Assembly (NCBI GenBank): GCA_964016885.1
Contig: OZ024743.1
Span: forward strand, 36,580,001-36,644,000
Direction of reading: 5' to 3'
Length of the DNA: 64,000 bases
Source of the DNA: Eledone cirrhosa
Taxonomy: Eukaryota
Below the pieces are notes generated by a model, which was not told the DNA's origin, searched no databases, and was given only the letters and a program-made list of their open reading frames with translations. A program made the translations under genes and the position numbers. This document shows positions 1-13,639 of this stretch, piece after piece. The stretch's first letter is position 1, and each line of letters starts with the position of its first letter.

Positions 1-21
1 ATATATATATATATGCATATA

Positions 22-74
<53 letters not shown>

Positions 75-403
75 GCATATAAACATATATATATATTATA
101 TATATATATATATATTTCTATAGAGCCACCCTCTCATCGGCTCTTGAGAGGATAAACGCATCCAGCAACCAATACGCCAAGAGTTACACCTTAATTACCG
201 AACACCATTGGTACTTTAAATTAGGATGCAGTAGCACAGGTGACTGGAGAATCAAGACTGCTACTACTTATGCTACACCTTCCGTGGGCCCTCATTAGTC
301 CGGAATCTACAGACGGAACTGTATTTCATTGTGACAAACGGGCGTGACACTCCGATCTCCGCAACGAAAGTTTCCCCGTTTGTTGTCCTGAGAAATCTGA
401 GAT

Positions 404-590
404 AATTGTTTCTACTTTAGGCACAAGGCCAGCACATACCCAGTACATTACTGGTACTTTATTTTATCGACCCCGTAAGGATGAAAGGCAAAGTTAACCT
501 CGGCGGGATTTGAACTAAGACTGTAAAGCGACGTAACTATGCTAGAAAGCATGGCGTCCAACCCTCTACCGATACTGCCAATTCACCGCC
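404..590 (-). mobile_element. tRNA-derived SINE, family A
   Basis: Reverse complement has an A-box-like TGGCAGTATCGGTAGA, B-box GTTCAAATCC and body CTTTGCCTTTCATCCTTACGGGGTCGATAAAATAAAGTACCAG...GTAGAAACAATTAT; about 10 copies in the window. Confidence 0.85.
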
Positions 591-770
591 CTGGAAAGAG
601 AGATAATGGGAGACAACAAGTTACCTGAATAACAAATGTTATAGTGACAGCCGGTTGTGTGACATTAATGCCGTTCCCGTAATGTTTGATGTCGTTAGAC
701 TAACAAGAATATCAGAAAGTAGGTAAGAGTATTTTTCTCTCATATCCATATGTACATTCACGCACACACA

Positions 771-910
<140 letters not shown>

Positions 911-999
911 CCGTCTAATTTCGTTATAAACAGGGTATAAAAAAAATTCGTTATACAGAAAATCTCGTTATAATGGTATTCGTTATAACAGAATTCTAC

Positions 1000-1004
<5 letters not shown>
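911..1004. mobile_element. MITE terminus, Tc1/mariner/pogo-like
   Basis: Four TCGTTATA subterminal repeats ending ...TTCTACCTG-TA inside a (TA)n tract. Confidence 0.45.
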
Positions 1005-1037
<33 letters not shown>

Positions 1038-1055
1038 ATTAGTATTAAGAAAACT

Positions 1056-1215
1056 AGTATCGGTAGAGGGTCGGACGCCATACGTCCCTTTATTATCTGA
1101 GTTCAAATCCCGCCGAGGTTATCTTTGCCTTTCATCCTTACGGGGTCGATAAAATAAAGTACCAGTAATGCACTGGGTAATTGCTGGCCTTGTGCCTAAA
1201 GTAGAAACAATTATT
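1056..1215 (+). mobile_element. SINE family A
   Basis: Same consensus as 404-590. Confidence 0.85.
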
Positions 1216-1671
1216 TATAGTTATGTATACACTATATACAACTATAAACAAGAAAGGTCAGTAATTTATTATTACCTTATCACCAGTAAGAAAAATAGCT
1301 CAATGTAAATACATGAGATGTTTCACAGAGCCGGAATATAAATTACACAATAATCAAAGATACGTTCAAATCATTTTATTGCTGACAATCATTTGGAATC
1401 ATCGGAGCAGTAGCAATGTTTGTACATATAATTAACCTCCTATTCAACTGAACAATCATATAGATACATGGATATTAATGTTGTCAACAACAGTTTTGTA
1501 TTTACATATTGGAATAGATGCGACCTAGATAATAATTAAATAATAATTAAATAGTTTTGGCTTAATCAACAAAGTCTGGCTTAATGTGACTTAGGTTCCT
1601 CACGTTAGTTCTACTAAGATCAACTGATATGGTATCTTAATAATTATGAAGACAATGTTCTACATACATAA

Positions 1672-1746
<75 letters not shown>

Positions 1747-1874
1747 CACACATACATATATATATGTGTGTGTGTATGTATATATACATATATATTATAG
1801 GTAGTACGGTGAAGCACTGGTGTTGGTACATATATGTGTGTGTATATGTATATTTATATATATATATATATATA

Positions 1875-2200
1875 TTTCGTTTCTGAATTTGTTTAGCAAG
1901 ATTCTTTATCTGAAATCGTGTGTTGAAACCGATATTGTTATACTTTGGGAGGGTCATGTTGCCAATAAGAAACACACGCACCAGTTGCTTTCACTTCAAT
2001 TTATTATATATTTATAAATTTACAAATTTATAAATTTATAAATTTCTGGTTGGTTGGTTGGTTGGTTCCACAACCAGAAAGTTGTTTACATATAGTCATA
2101 GTCCTTTCGTCACACACTCTGTGACCTCTTCAGTGACTGGGGATTCCTTTCTTTGTTTCTGTGCCTCTCTTTTGTTCTGTCCTACGCCATTTTGTTTCTG
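1875..2200 (-). mobile_element. PLE pLTR-like repeat containing a hammerhead
   Basis: Homologous to 47960-48270 and, in part, 59660-59790; flanked by (TA)n; contains HHR 2094-2138. Confidence 0.65.
2094..2138 (-). ncRNA. type-I hammerhead ribozyme
   Basis: agtca-CTGAAGA-g-gtcaca/tgtgac-GAAA-ggact-a-tgact; stems I and II pair. Confidence 0.8.
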
Positions 2201-2412
2201 TGTGTGTGTTGTGTGCTCAGTTTGCGCATGCGCCACATCCAGGTGTCTGTGTGTGTTTATGTTCATTTATCTATTTGTTTATTTATTTATTTATTTACAT
2301 GTTATTGGTTGGTTGTTTGTTCTATGTGTGTGTGTGTTTTCATTTCTTGAAAACAGTCAAGAATATATAGTTTTCTCGTCTATATATATATATATATATA
2401 TACATATATATA

Positions 2413-2516
<104 letters not shown>

Positions 2517-2607
2517 TATATATATGTATATATATATATATATATAGACGAGAAAACTATATATTCTTGACTGTTTTCAAGTCCAGCGGCCGCAAGCGGT
2601 TAGGGGG

Positions 2608-2651
2608 ACCGTCCTGAAGAAGGCCAGTCAAACCTGAAATGCATAGACGGT
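2608..2651 (+). ncRNA. minimal type-I hammerhead ribozyme
   Basis: accgtc-CTGAAGA-agg..cct-GAAA-tgcat-a-gacggt; perfect 6-bp stem I, palindromic helix III (ATGCAT). Confidence 0.88.
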
Positions 2652-2823
2652 TGTCGCCGTTGCTTCTTCTGGACACCACCAGAGGGCGTTAGCCCTGGTG
2701 TGTGCATATCTACGGCTTCCTAAAACCGTGTTTTATGCTTGAAGCGAAATCCTATTTCTTTCATATATATATATATTATTCAAAATATTAATAAATGAGG
2801 ACGTTCACATAATCAAAATATAT

Positions 2824-2888
2824 GTTTTATTATATATATTTCGGAGGTACTGTGCTGTTTTTTCAGTACGTCCTCAACAGATGAAATA
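2824..2888 (-). ncRNA. degenerate hammerhead (CTGTTGA core)
   Basis: Related to 48345-48413 and 49618-49684; stem II gga-gtactg/cagtac-tcc followed by GAAA. Confidence 0.65.
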
Positions 2889-3527
2889 CATAAATTGATG
2901 TATGACATACCTCAACTGTCTTAATGGTTTAATTTCAGTCTTGGCAGTGATTTATTACAACAAAACTCTATGTTTATATACCACAAGAAGGAATAACATG
3001 ACAAACTAAATATGATGAAGAGAGGGATGTGGAACGAGATATAAGTATCAAGAGGGGGAGGGTATGAGAAAATATAGAAGAAATAAATAAACACATGAGT
3101 ACATAAATGTTAAAATATTTAAATATCCATGTTAGAGAATAAACAGAAGAGAGAGAGAGAGTGCTAAATAGCAGAGAAGAGGTAAAGAAAAAAATGAAGA
3201 TAAAAAGAAGGAGGGAGGGGGAGATAAAGAGAGGATGGAATACATAACTGCAACAGGAAAGAAAAAAAGAAAGAAAGAAGAAAGGGACATGATGCGTGAC
3301 AGTTTTTCAAATATTAAGTCAGGTAGAAGCGACTAATTAAATACCGTTAAATGTTTACTATCTATTGTATTTGGTTATGTTTGAGCAAAATTATACTAAT
3401 ATATTAAATCAAAATTAAAGAATATAAAATATTTTCAATGATAATCAGAAGTATAGTTAAATTAATAAATATATTCAATATTTTGTTACATTTGGTTATA
3501 TATATATATATATAATATATATATATA

Positions 3528-3600
<73 letters not shown>

Positions 3601-3834
3601 GTGTGTGTGCATATATATATATTTGTGTATGGGTACTTCGTTTTTGTATTTGTTTATATTTGTTTATATTTTGTATTTGTTTATATATATATATATATTG
3701 GAAAATGTGTGTGATTCTTGGTACAGTAAAGTATATTTGAAAAAGGAAAAGAAAATTATAAAATTGTAAAATTATAAAATTAAACTGTTATAGAATACCA
3801 ACTACAAATGAAGTCATACTTTGCCTTTTTTAAC

Positions 3835-3906
<72 letters not shown>

Positions 3907-4019
3907 ATAATAATAAATTTGAAGACTAAAATCCAAAGAGGGCTCGATAAGGATAATTATATATCAAATATATAAGAACCGTAGAGCAAATATTTATTAA
4001 ATTTTAATCTGTTATTTTA

Positions 4020-4080
<61 letters not shown>

Positions 4081-4084
<4 letters not shown>

Positions 4085-4375
4085 GAAGTTCTATTTAAAT
4101 TGTTGGCAAATATTTTTATAACTGATATAAAGCACTCAACAAATTATTGGAGTAAAAATACGATATTAACAAATGGAAACTATATTTATAAAACCATATT
4201 TATTTCATTATACATATTTCAAGGACACCAAGTTAAATTATGGTGTGCTTTCATCAGATAAAAGCACACCATAATCTGATGAAAGCACACCATAATTTAA
4301 CTTGGTGTCCTTGAAATATGTATAATGAAATAAATATGGTTTTATAAATATAGTTTCCATTTGTTAATATATCGT
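4081..4375. mobile_element. Fold-back PLE-like repeat with two opposed hammerheads (4201-4262 -, 4273-4332 +)
   Basis: CTGATGA-aagcacacca..tggtgtcctt-GAAA-tatgtat-a on both strands; same family at 59180-59600. Confidence 0.8.
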
Positions 4376-4390
4376 ATATATATATATATA

Positions 4391-4521
<131 letters not shown>

Positions 4522-4910
4522 TTTTAATTTAAGAGACAAACCAAAGATGATACTTCAAATCCTTTTATTTACGTCTACGCAGGTTTCAATTTTAATGTAA
4601 TCTGTTAACACTAAAATATCTTCAAGACATCAATGTAAGATCTGGAGAAAGCAAGACTCAAAGAAAAACAAGAAGTCATGGTCAATAAGGTATAGACAAT
4701 GAAAAGTTTTTTTTTTTCCAATGACAATTAAGCAAAGCCGTTGAATAGTTGTGCAAAATAAAAAGTGAGTGTTTAAGCATCATGTGATTATCTATAAAAG
4801 CCCAATGTAAGGCAAAGTTACCTTATATAGTTACCTTATATATATGTAAGGCATATATATATACATACATATATACATATATATGTACATATATATATAT
4901 AAATATATGT

Positions 4911-4997
<87 letters not shown>

Positions 4998-5626
4998 GAA
5001 TTAGTATATCTACCAACATATGCGTACAGATGTACACTAATGCTAGCAAATACATAAGTTATGTCATAGTACCTAGGTGGTTCAATGCAGGAGGATACAG
5101 AACAATAATATGAAAGACGTAAAATAAGAAAAATTTTAAAAAAAATTAAAAATTAACTTACTTACTAAAATTTTCACTCCAACTAATTAGTTTCTGTAAT
5201 GGGATAAAGATAGTTACGTAATATAACCATCGAGAATTCATTACGTCATCAGGGAGTCTATTCTCAGCTAAGTCTCCAGGCAATGCGCGGACACTAGGGA
5301 CTCATATAAAAATAATAATAATTCGGTGGATGGAACAGCTAGCGGGGACTGGATTCCATGCACTGAAAAAGTTCGCTGTCACTGGTCAAATGGCAGATTC
5401 TAAAGAATCAATCACGTGACACTGAGGCTAGTCGGAAGGAGTGGGTTGGTAAGATGACAGAAGCCTACTACCACACCAATGAATTAGTAGCGGATTTGGC
5501 AGGTTTGCTCAACAAATAAATAATTTGGAGATAAATACAGAGAATTAGTATATCTACCAACATATGCGTACAGATGTACACTAATGCTAGCAAATACATA
5601 TACATATATATATACATATATATATA

Positions 5627-5706
<80 letters not shown>

Positions 5707-5744
5707 TATACATATATATATACATATATATACATATATATACA

Positions 5745-5874
<130 letters not shown>

Positions 5875-5975
5875 GAGAGGTAGAACACGGGAAGGTAATA
5901 TCCGTAGTGGTTGAGCACTCAGTCCATGGGACGAGTTAGCTAGAAATGGTAACACAACAGTCAGTTCACCATACC

Positions 5976-6016
5976 GAGAACAATTGTTTCAGCGGATCTT
6001 AGCGGATCTTCAGCTC
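5976..6016 (-). ncRNA. hammerhead-like motif with damaged stem II
   Basis: gag-CTGAAGA...GAAA-caattgt-t-ctc; palindromic helix III; 10-bp duplication in stem II. Confidence 0.55.
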
Positions 6017-6763
6017 ATATATATATATATGCATATATATAGTTCACCCTTCCTTGAGTGCTTGGGAAAATAAATTTCCCCTCTTTCGGTAAACGAAACT
6101 ACTCGGAGCGGATGGATTTGCCCCGGGGCCCGCCGCACCGCCTGTTTTGACCGCCACATTACACTTATACCTATAAACTCTGGGCTTAGGCATAACTGTT
6201 AGCTGTATCATGCCTCCTTCTGCTGGCACGTAAATAAACCCCTCCTGTGTGAATTAATAGTATTCGTTTGGTATATACGATGGCCTGTAGAAGCTGGTAG
6301 ACTTCCCGCTAACACACCCGAAGCCTATCACAGCTACGTTACTAGAGTACTCGGAAAAATTAATTTCCATTTATTTCGCTAGACGATAGCACTCGAAATT
6401 GGCTGACACGTGGTTAGGAGGTGCTGGCTGGGATTTACAATCGAAGGCTTTTATCTTTACTCTATATCCCACCTTGATAACTTATCGAGATTCCCTATAA
6501 TACACTTTAACTTTTTCATATAAGACTCTCTCTGTAATTTCATTAAATAAATCTAGCAACACAAACCTTTAATTTTCTATTAATTTTCTAATAATTTAAT
6601 TTCATCCTATAACTCTTAACATAAGTTAACGTTCCAATTTTCTGTTCACACATTAGACCATACAGACACCCATATATATGCCTTTGTTAAAATATGGGTT
6701 CTTTGGAATAACATTTTTAGCGGCGTCCTCTAGCATGACTGTAGTGTGACCCTTACGCTGACT

Positions 6764-6768
6764 TTTCT

Positions 6769-6849
<81 letters not shown>

Positions 6850-6850
6850 T
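6764..6850 (+). repeat. (TTTC)n microsatellite
   Basis: Directly visible. Confidence 0.95.
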
Positions 6851-7044
6851 CTTTTTTCCTTCTCTGACGGAGAGGTGGTAGTACATTATAAGCCTTCGCC
6901 CCCTCACCAGATAGTGATTAGTAGACCTAGTTGCATTCACTTGAGGGCGACTGGCCGGGGTGAAAGCAGCTAGTTGGTCAGTCGTCCTCTCTGTCTCTGA
7001 TTTTCGGCCCCATGGATTTTATATATTCCTTTGTTATATTTCGA

Positions 7045-7102
7045 ATACCTGATGATATCACCGGATTCATACGGAACCCGGTCATTGAAATGATCATAGT
7101 AT
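7045..7102 (+). ncRNA. type-I hammerhead ribozyme
   Basis: atac-CTGATGA-..accgg..ccggt..-GAAA-tgatcat-a-gtat; palindromic ATGATCAT. Confidence 0.82.
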
Positions 7103-7340
7103 AATAAACTTTTCAAGGATTTACACCAGTCCAGCCTCATGTTATTTTATTTATAATAATTAACTCCGTATTAGCACCACCAACTACACAAACGAAGACG
7201 GGTGAACTGCACTACGTTGAGTACTCTCCATAATATTACATCAAGATTGACCATACGGAATGACCAATTCTATCAAGTGGTGGACCAACAAACCTAAATA
7301 AATATATATATACATACATATATATATATATGTATATATA

Positions 7341-7420
<80 letters not shown>

Positions 7421-7423
<3 letters not shown>

Positions 7424-7730
7424 TGGCTTCCAACTCGTTTTCGAGTACGGCCACTACTTTATATCCATCTAGGAGAACCCCTACCGATGCGCTGAACAAG
7501 TGTGACTTTTTAGTCCAGCCAGCGACTTGAAAACTCTGGTACAAACACTACACTTGTGACAATTATTGACACATAGTGCTGGGCCGATGGTACCATGTAA
7601 CGACAAGTGCAGAAAGATCTCCAGATATAAAGCAATGCCTGTGCCGTGAAGCTTCTATAGTGAGCAAAGGCACTGCACAAAGCCAGTCCCACTCTCTTAA
7701 CCAAGATGATATTTACCAAAAAGAATAACA
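7421..7730 (-). repeat. Partial copy of the ~410-bp unit at 40205-41070
   Basis: Reverse complement of about 40305-40612. Confidence 0.8.
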
Positions 7731-7800
7731 TATATATATATACATACATGCATAATACATATATATATACATACATAATACATATATATATACATACATA

Positions 7801-7852
<52 letters not shown>

Positions 7853-8000
7853 TAAAATAACAGATTAAAGTTTAAGCAAAGAATCGCTGCTTTCACCCTT
7901 AACGGGATCTTCTGAAATTCTACGGTTCTTATATATTTGATATATATTTATCCTTATCGAGCCCTCTTTGGATTTTAGTCTTCAAATTCATTATTATTAC

Positions 8001-8032
<32 letters not shown>

Positions 8033-8251
8033 AGTGCGTGTGTGTTTGTGGTTTGGAGTTTAAATATACTTGTGGTGATATTTGGTTAGAATGAAGAATA
8101 ATAATTGGATAGATTTCAATTACCACTGCTTAAATATGTTCAGAAATTGGGTTCGAACAGACAATCATTAAAAACCCCCAAACATATACAAATATGTATA
8201 TATACAGATATATATACTCGAGTATGTAAAGATGCACACACAGACACATGC

Positions 8252-8306
<55 letters not shown>

Positions 8307-8530
8307 AAATGGAGCAGGGAACAAAACAGAGAGGCAGTACGAACAAAGGTTTATTAGTTTTATGCTCTTGAGAGTGGGGGGTGAGGGGGGTATATATATA
8401 TGTATGTATGTGTGCGTGTGCATGATGTTTATAAATATATTTGTGTGTGCATGTATCTATATATGTATGTACATATATATGAATATAGCTATATCTAATT
8501 ATCTATCTCTCTCTATATATATATATGTGT

Positions 8531-8618
<88 letters not shown>

Positions 8619-8890
8619 ATATATATGCATCTAAGACATTATTTTACAAGTAATTTATTCTTCGTTGTGAAATGTAATCAAAATTCTTTCTTCGGTAGAA
8701 AAATTAATGTAGATCTGAAGTTGCTAGCGTCCATTGACCTTCATCGAGAAAAAATACCCGTCCATTCTCTAGCGTATACATACAAGAAATCAGCTAAGTT
8801 GGTTGAATGAATTTGTGTGCCTAACAATGTGTATTAATTCCTTTTTTCGTAATCTACTATGTGGCGTTTGGGGATAATATGAAATGTAAG

Positions 8891-9116
8891 CAAGAGTGGT
8901 GGAAGTATTTCTGAATTGGCGATGCCAAATCTAGTCAATTTAGTTGTAGGAATTAGTTTACCTCTTTACACTCTAAAATGGTCAGGAAACTTCGATATGT
9001 AATAAATATAACATGTACATAAATTGTAGCACATATCCAAATAGATGTGTTTTGGTAGTTTGGGGAGAAAAATATAATTATTGGGGGGGCTCCCCAGTTC
9101 CACCGCCCGCCCCTGT
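8891..9116. mobile_element. MITE with CAGGGG/CCCCTG-like termini
   Basis: Ends ...TTCCACCGCCCGCCCCTG-TA; a second, SINE-interrupted copy starts TA-CAGGGG at 9781 and resumes near 10390-10470. Confidence 0.5.
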
Positions 9117-9406
9117 ATATATATATTTTTTTTTAAATATGCTCTGAATCCTTTCCTAAAGGGTTAATATATCAAGCTTCTTCGCATTTGGTAAGAAACT
9201 GGTATTATACCCAATTTATACATCTCATATATATATATTCATTTATGATGGCTATTGGTGAGCTTTGTTACTCTAAACCTTCACCTGCACACTCACAGGA
9301 GTACTCAGGTGAAACTCCAGAGTAACAAGGATTAGCCATAATAAATGAATATTTAAACTCTACTTCGGTATTGAGTTTTCATTCTTACGTCCATCAATAA
9401 TTCAAT

Positions 9407-9749
9407 TACTCTCAGGTCTTGAATAATCGACCCCTCCCTCCCTCCTCGTGTTTATTAATTTTACAGATTTTTTTCCAACCCCGCTCTTGTTTTTATTCCA
9501 CTCGCTGCCTCACTGCTTATTAAAGCCTGCTAATCTATATCCAGCGAAATGTTGATTCATATCGATACAGCAACTGGAGAATCTAATAATAATTTTATTT
9601 TACAATAAAATAACATTATATATGACAAAAAAAAAAAAGAACATTACAAAAATTCCCATATTTACAAACGTACACTACAATTACCGAATTCCCTGCCCTC
9701 AACGGTTTTAAGAATTTAAGCAAATGTCCAACCCTTTTGGGACCTGATA

Positions 9750-9752
<3 letters not shown>
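9407..9752. mobile_element. TA-flanked MITE
   Basis: Imperfect TIR TACTCTCAGGTC...GACCTGATAGTA. Confidence 0.5.
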
Positions 9753-9785
<33 letters not shown>

Positions 9786-9910
9786 GGGTTGTGAAAACAT
9801 TTCTAAATGGGAGGGTGTGTGCAAATTTGGTTAATTTAGTTGTAGTGATTAGTTTAGCTCTTTGCACTCTAAAATGATCAGAAAATGCAATTTTAGTCTA
9901 AGCAGGTGAT

Positions 9911-10220
9911 ATTCCCGCCAAGGTTAACTTTGCCTTTCATCCTTACGGGGTCGATAAAATAAAGTACCAGTAATACACTGGGATAATTGCTGGCCTTGTG
10001 CCAAAAGTAGAAACAATTATATCTACAGCTTTGGGTGGTGAATTGACAGTATCGGTAGAGGGTTGGACGCCATGCTTTCTAGCATAGTTACATCCCATTG
10101 CGGTCTGAGTTCAAATCCCGTCGAGGTTAACTTTGCCTTTCATCCTTTCATCGATAAAATAAAGTACCAGTAATATACTAGGTAATTGCTGGCCTTGTGC
10201 CAAAAGTAGAAACAATTATA
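9911..10220 (+). mobile_element. Tandem SINE family A copies (one 5'-truncated, one full)
   Basis: Two consecutive consensus matches. Confidence 0.85.
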
Positions 10221-10553
10221 TTTACAGCTTTCAATAATTATAAAGTGATTATAGCAAAATGACCTATGGAATCTGTTTCTGAATACACATACTAGCAATT
10301 GGCAAATAGTGATGTGTGGAGAAAAATTTACTATGAAGGTGTATATAATATAATATCAAATATCAACCAATATATATATTAAAAAAAAAACTTCTATATG
10401 CGATAAACATAACATGTACATAAACAGTAGAGCATATGCAAATCGATATATGTTTTGGTAGTCTGGGAAGGTATATATTTTTTTAATGACTATACTATTT
10501 TAGCCGTGCTTTGAAAAATAAACAGAGATAATACTGCACACATATAAACTGCA

Positions 10554-11106
10554 CTAGCTGAGGTACCCAGCTTCGCCCGGGTAAACAGATGATAAGAGAA
10601 AACGATTGTTTTGGATGTATTGTCTAGTTAACAGTATGAGGCGAGAACTTGGTGTTTGTGTGACAAAAAAAAAATTATAAAATATCTTCCAGATACACCA
10701 GATTCTTCGTTTTACCGTTTGTGCATAGAATATGAAGATTTCTAGGTCCTCCCTCTCGTGAACAACCTACATATAACTGTCCATGGATAAACACCGATTT
10801 TCTCATATTCAATCCTACAGCTTTGAGACAGTGACCCTGAACTTTATTTATGGTCATAGCAAAACTAGCTCTAACAGGGAATTGAAGTCTTGAGAATTTG
10901 AACGGCAGCTCAGTAGAGGAAGAGATGAGAGCAATCTTAGGAATGAATCCATTTTCTCATTGATGTTTGCTTCCAAGAATAGTTACCTCTAGGAGATGGT
11001 CCATCTTCCGCCTGACTGTTAAGCATGTGTCATTGCATAGACGTGACTGGTCCATGTTTCTCAAAAGGATGATGGGAGTTCCAATCTTTTATATTATATA
11101 TATAGA
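10554..11106 (-). mobile_element. Non-autonomous Helitron with Pif1-helicase C-terminal remnant
   Basis: 5' TC; 3' hairpin CCCGGGCGAAGCTGGG then CTAG|T; translation MTINKVQG...HGQLYVGCSR matches Pif1 helicase C-terminal motifs. Confidence 0.85.
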
Positions 11107-11603
11107 GAGAGATAAATATAATTATATATAAATGCGTGAGTTTGTGTGTATGTGTAAGCCAACGTTCGAATCCACGAAATACGAGCATAGTTGACAACAT
11201 AGTCTCCCAACCTGCTAGAAATGGCAGTCGGGTTGGTTAGCATACCCGGGATGTTTTTCTTCTTCTTTGATGTTATAAAATGAGTACTAATAAACCTTTC
11301 TGGGTATAACCTTATTTCATTTATATACTTTTCTTTTGTTTGTCAGTGCACAGTTTATTTCCAATCGTTCAGAAATTATGTGTAAGGCGCTAAACATTAA
11401 TGAATTGATTCACGTTTTCAGCATATGTATTGTTATGCAAATGAGGTTAATCAATTTGGCTGAGTCATAGTTTTCACGCACATACATACATACATACATA
11501 CATATATGAATATATATATATAAATATGAATGTGTGTGTGTGATCTGAATATTTATATATATATACACACACACACATACACACATATATATATATTTAT
11601 ATA

Positions 11604-11679
<76 letters not shown>

Positions 11680-11998
11680 GATATTGGTTTCCTTCGCCTC
11701 GCCCAACCACCTCTGCACCATTTCTCCGCATACCCCAAACCTCACGCATGAAACAAATTAGGACCTCGCCCTTCAAGAGACATAGTTTGGAAATATCTGA
11801 AAGGGAAAAAATAATTCAGTTATCCATTCACCGTCAAAACGGCAAAAGCTCAGCAGTCGGGCATTAACCCTTTACAATATATATACACACATATATGGCT
11901 TAAGCGGGATGATACGTTAAAATAAACATACATATTCTATATATCTTCGCCCATGATGTCCTGTTACCAGCAGAACTGTTTACGTAAAATTATTTATA

Positions 11999-12179
11999 TT
12001 GGCAGTATCGGTAGAAGGTCGGACGCCATGCTTTCCAGCATAGTTACGTCCCTTTACGATCTGAGTTCAAATCCCACCAAGGTTGACTTTGCCTTTCATC
12101 CTTACGGGGTCGATAAAATAAAGTACCAGTAATGCACTGGGTAATTTGCTGGCCTTGTGCCTAAAGTAGAAACAATTAT
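11999..12179 (+). mobile_element. SINE family A
   Basis: Consensus match. Confidence 0.85.
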
Positions 12180-12206
12180 TTATGTATACATAGATAGATA
12201 GATGCG

Positions 12207-12245
<39 letters not shown>

Positions 12246-12247
12246 GT

Positions 12248-12286
<39 letters not shown>

Positions 12287-12344
12287 AATATATATATATA
12301 TACCGTATATTTTGGTAGATTTATCTAGATATATATATATATAT

Positions 12345-12900
12345 TAAGTGCAAAATTGCAAGAGTTGGTGTGGTAATGCGCCAGGTTCAGCATTCAGTAA
12401 TCAGAAGAAAGGCGGTAGGTGTAAAAGCCAAACTCGCTACCTTCAATTCGGTATTCGTACCAACCCTTGCCTTATGAATCTTGGGTAATGACCGAAAGGA
12501 TTTGGTCGCGAATGCAAGCGGCCGAAATTGGGTTTCGCCGAAAGCTCTTTGGAGTAACGTTACTCGATAGAGTGCGTAGCTCGGAGATCAGCGAGTCACT
12601 CCACGTAGAGCCGCTACTTCTCCAAATTGAGAGATCACAGCTCCGATACTATGGGCATGTGGTTAAAATGTCTCAGGAAAGAATTGCTGGACAGATTTTA
12701 CGGGCTAAACCAACTGGCAAGAGGCCCAGAGGTGGACCCCGAGCAAGATCGTTGGATAACATCCATGATCTTGGCTGGTCACTCTTGGGGATCCAGTCGA
12801 ATCAGTTGGAGACGGTTGCTTCTGACAGGAACTGCTGGAAGAAGTTTTTGAGGACTCTGCCCTCACGACCCTCTCAGGAGTGGACGAAGAAGAAGAAGAT
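12345..12900 (+). mobile_element. RTE-clade LINE 3' fragment
   Basis: YESWVMT..MQAAEIGF..QLRYYGHVVKM..GKRPRGGPR; (GAA)n tail. Confidence 0.85.
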
Positions 12901-12937
12901 ATACATGTGTGTGTGTATGTGTGTGTGTATGTGTGTG

Positions 12938-12968
<31 letters not shown>

Positions 12969-13526
12969 ATGTGTGTGTGTGTGTGTGTGCGTGCGTGCGT
13001 GTATGTGTGTTTATTTGGAAATGCAAAGGTCTTATAACTGCAATGTCATGAAAGCTTTATACAACACAATATGGTCAATTAGAGGTTTCCAACGAGCCAA
13101 TCCCGGTGAGAGGGGATAAGGGTTGTCTGTAACTCGGGTTGGAATAAATACAAGTCCCATCACTTGAAAAGACACGGTACTATTTTCAGTGATATTTTCG
13201 CTGATATACACCGACAGAGAGTGTACACATCACAATGGGTCTTTTATTGGTTTCAGCGATGCACATTTCAGTAATTTCATCAACTCATCAATCTACTCGT
13301 TAGACTCAACATTACACAAACACGTCTATCCTTAAAGAAATCCACGGGCAAAATCAGTGTGACACAGAGTGTGTGACAGGGTGACTCAGAAATAATGTTA
13401 AAGCCAAGACGAAAACCTCCCGAAATTATCGTCTATCAATTTCATTCAATAGACTTTGATCTACCCAAAGCGATAAGGAACTCGTGAATGCGAACATCTA
13501 TTACTATTCTTGGATCAATTATACAG

Positions 13527-13598
<72 letters not shown>

Positions 13599-13639
13599 TT
13601 TTTTTTTTTGAGTTTATGTTGGTTGTATACCAACACCTC

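Noticed and set aside
116-145. CCGATGA...GAAA on the minus strand as a hammerhead
   Set aside because: Extra bases before GAAA and no stem I partner
11999-12075. tRNA gene
   Set aside because: A/B boxes belong to a SINE head; no complete cloverleaf
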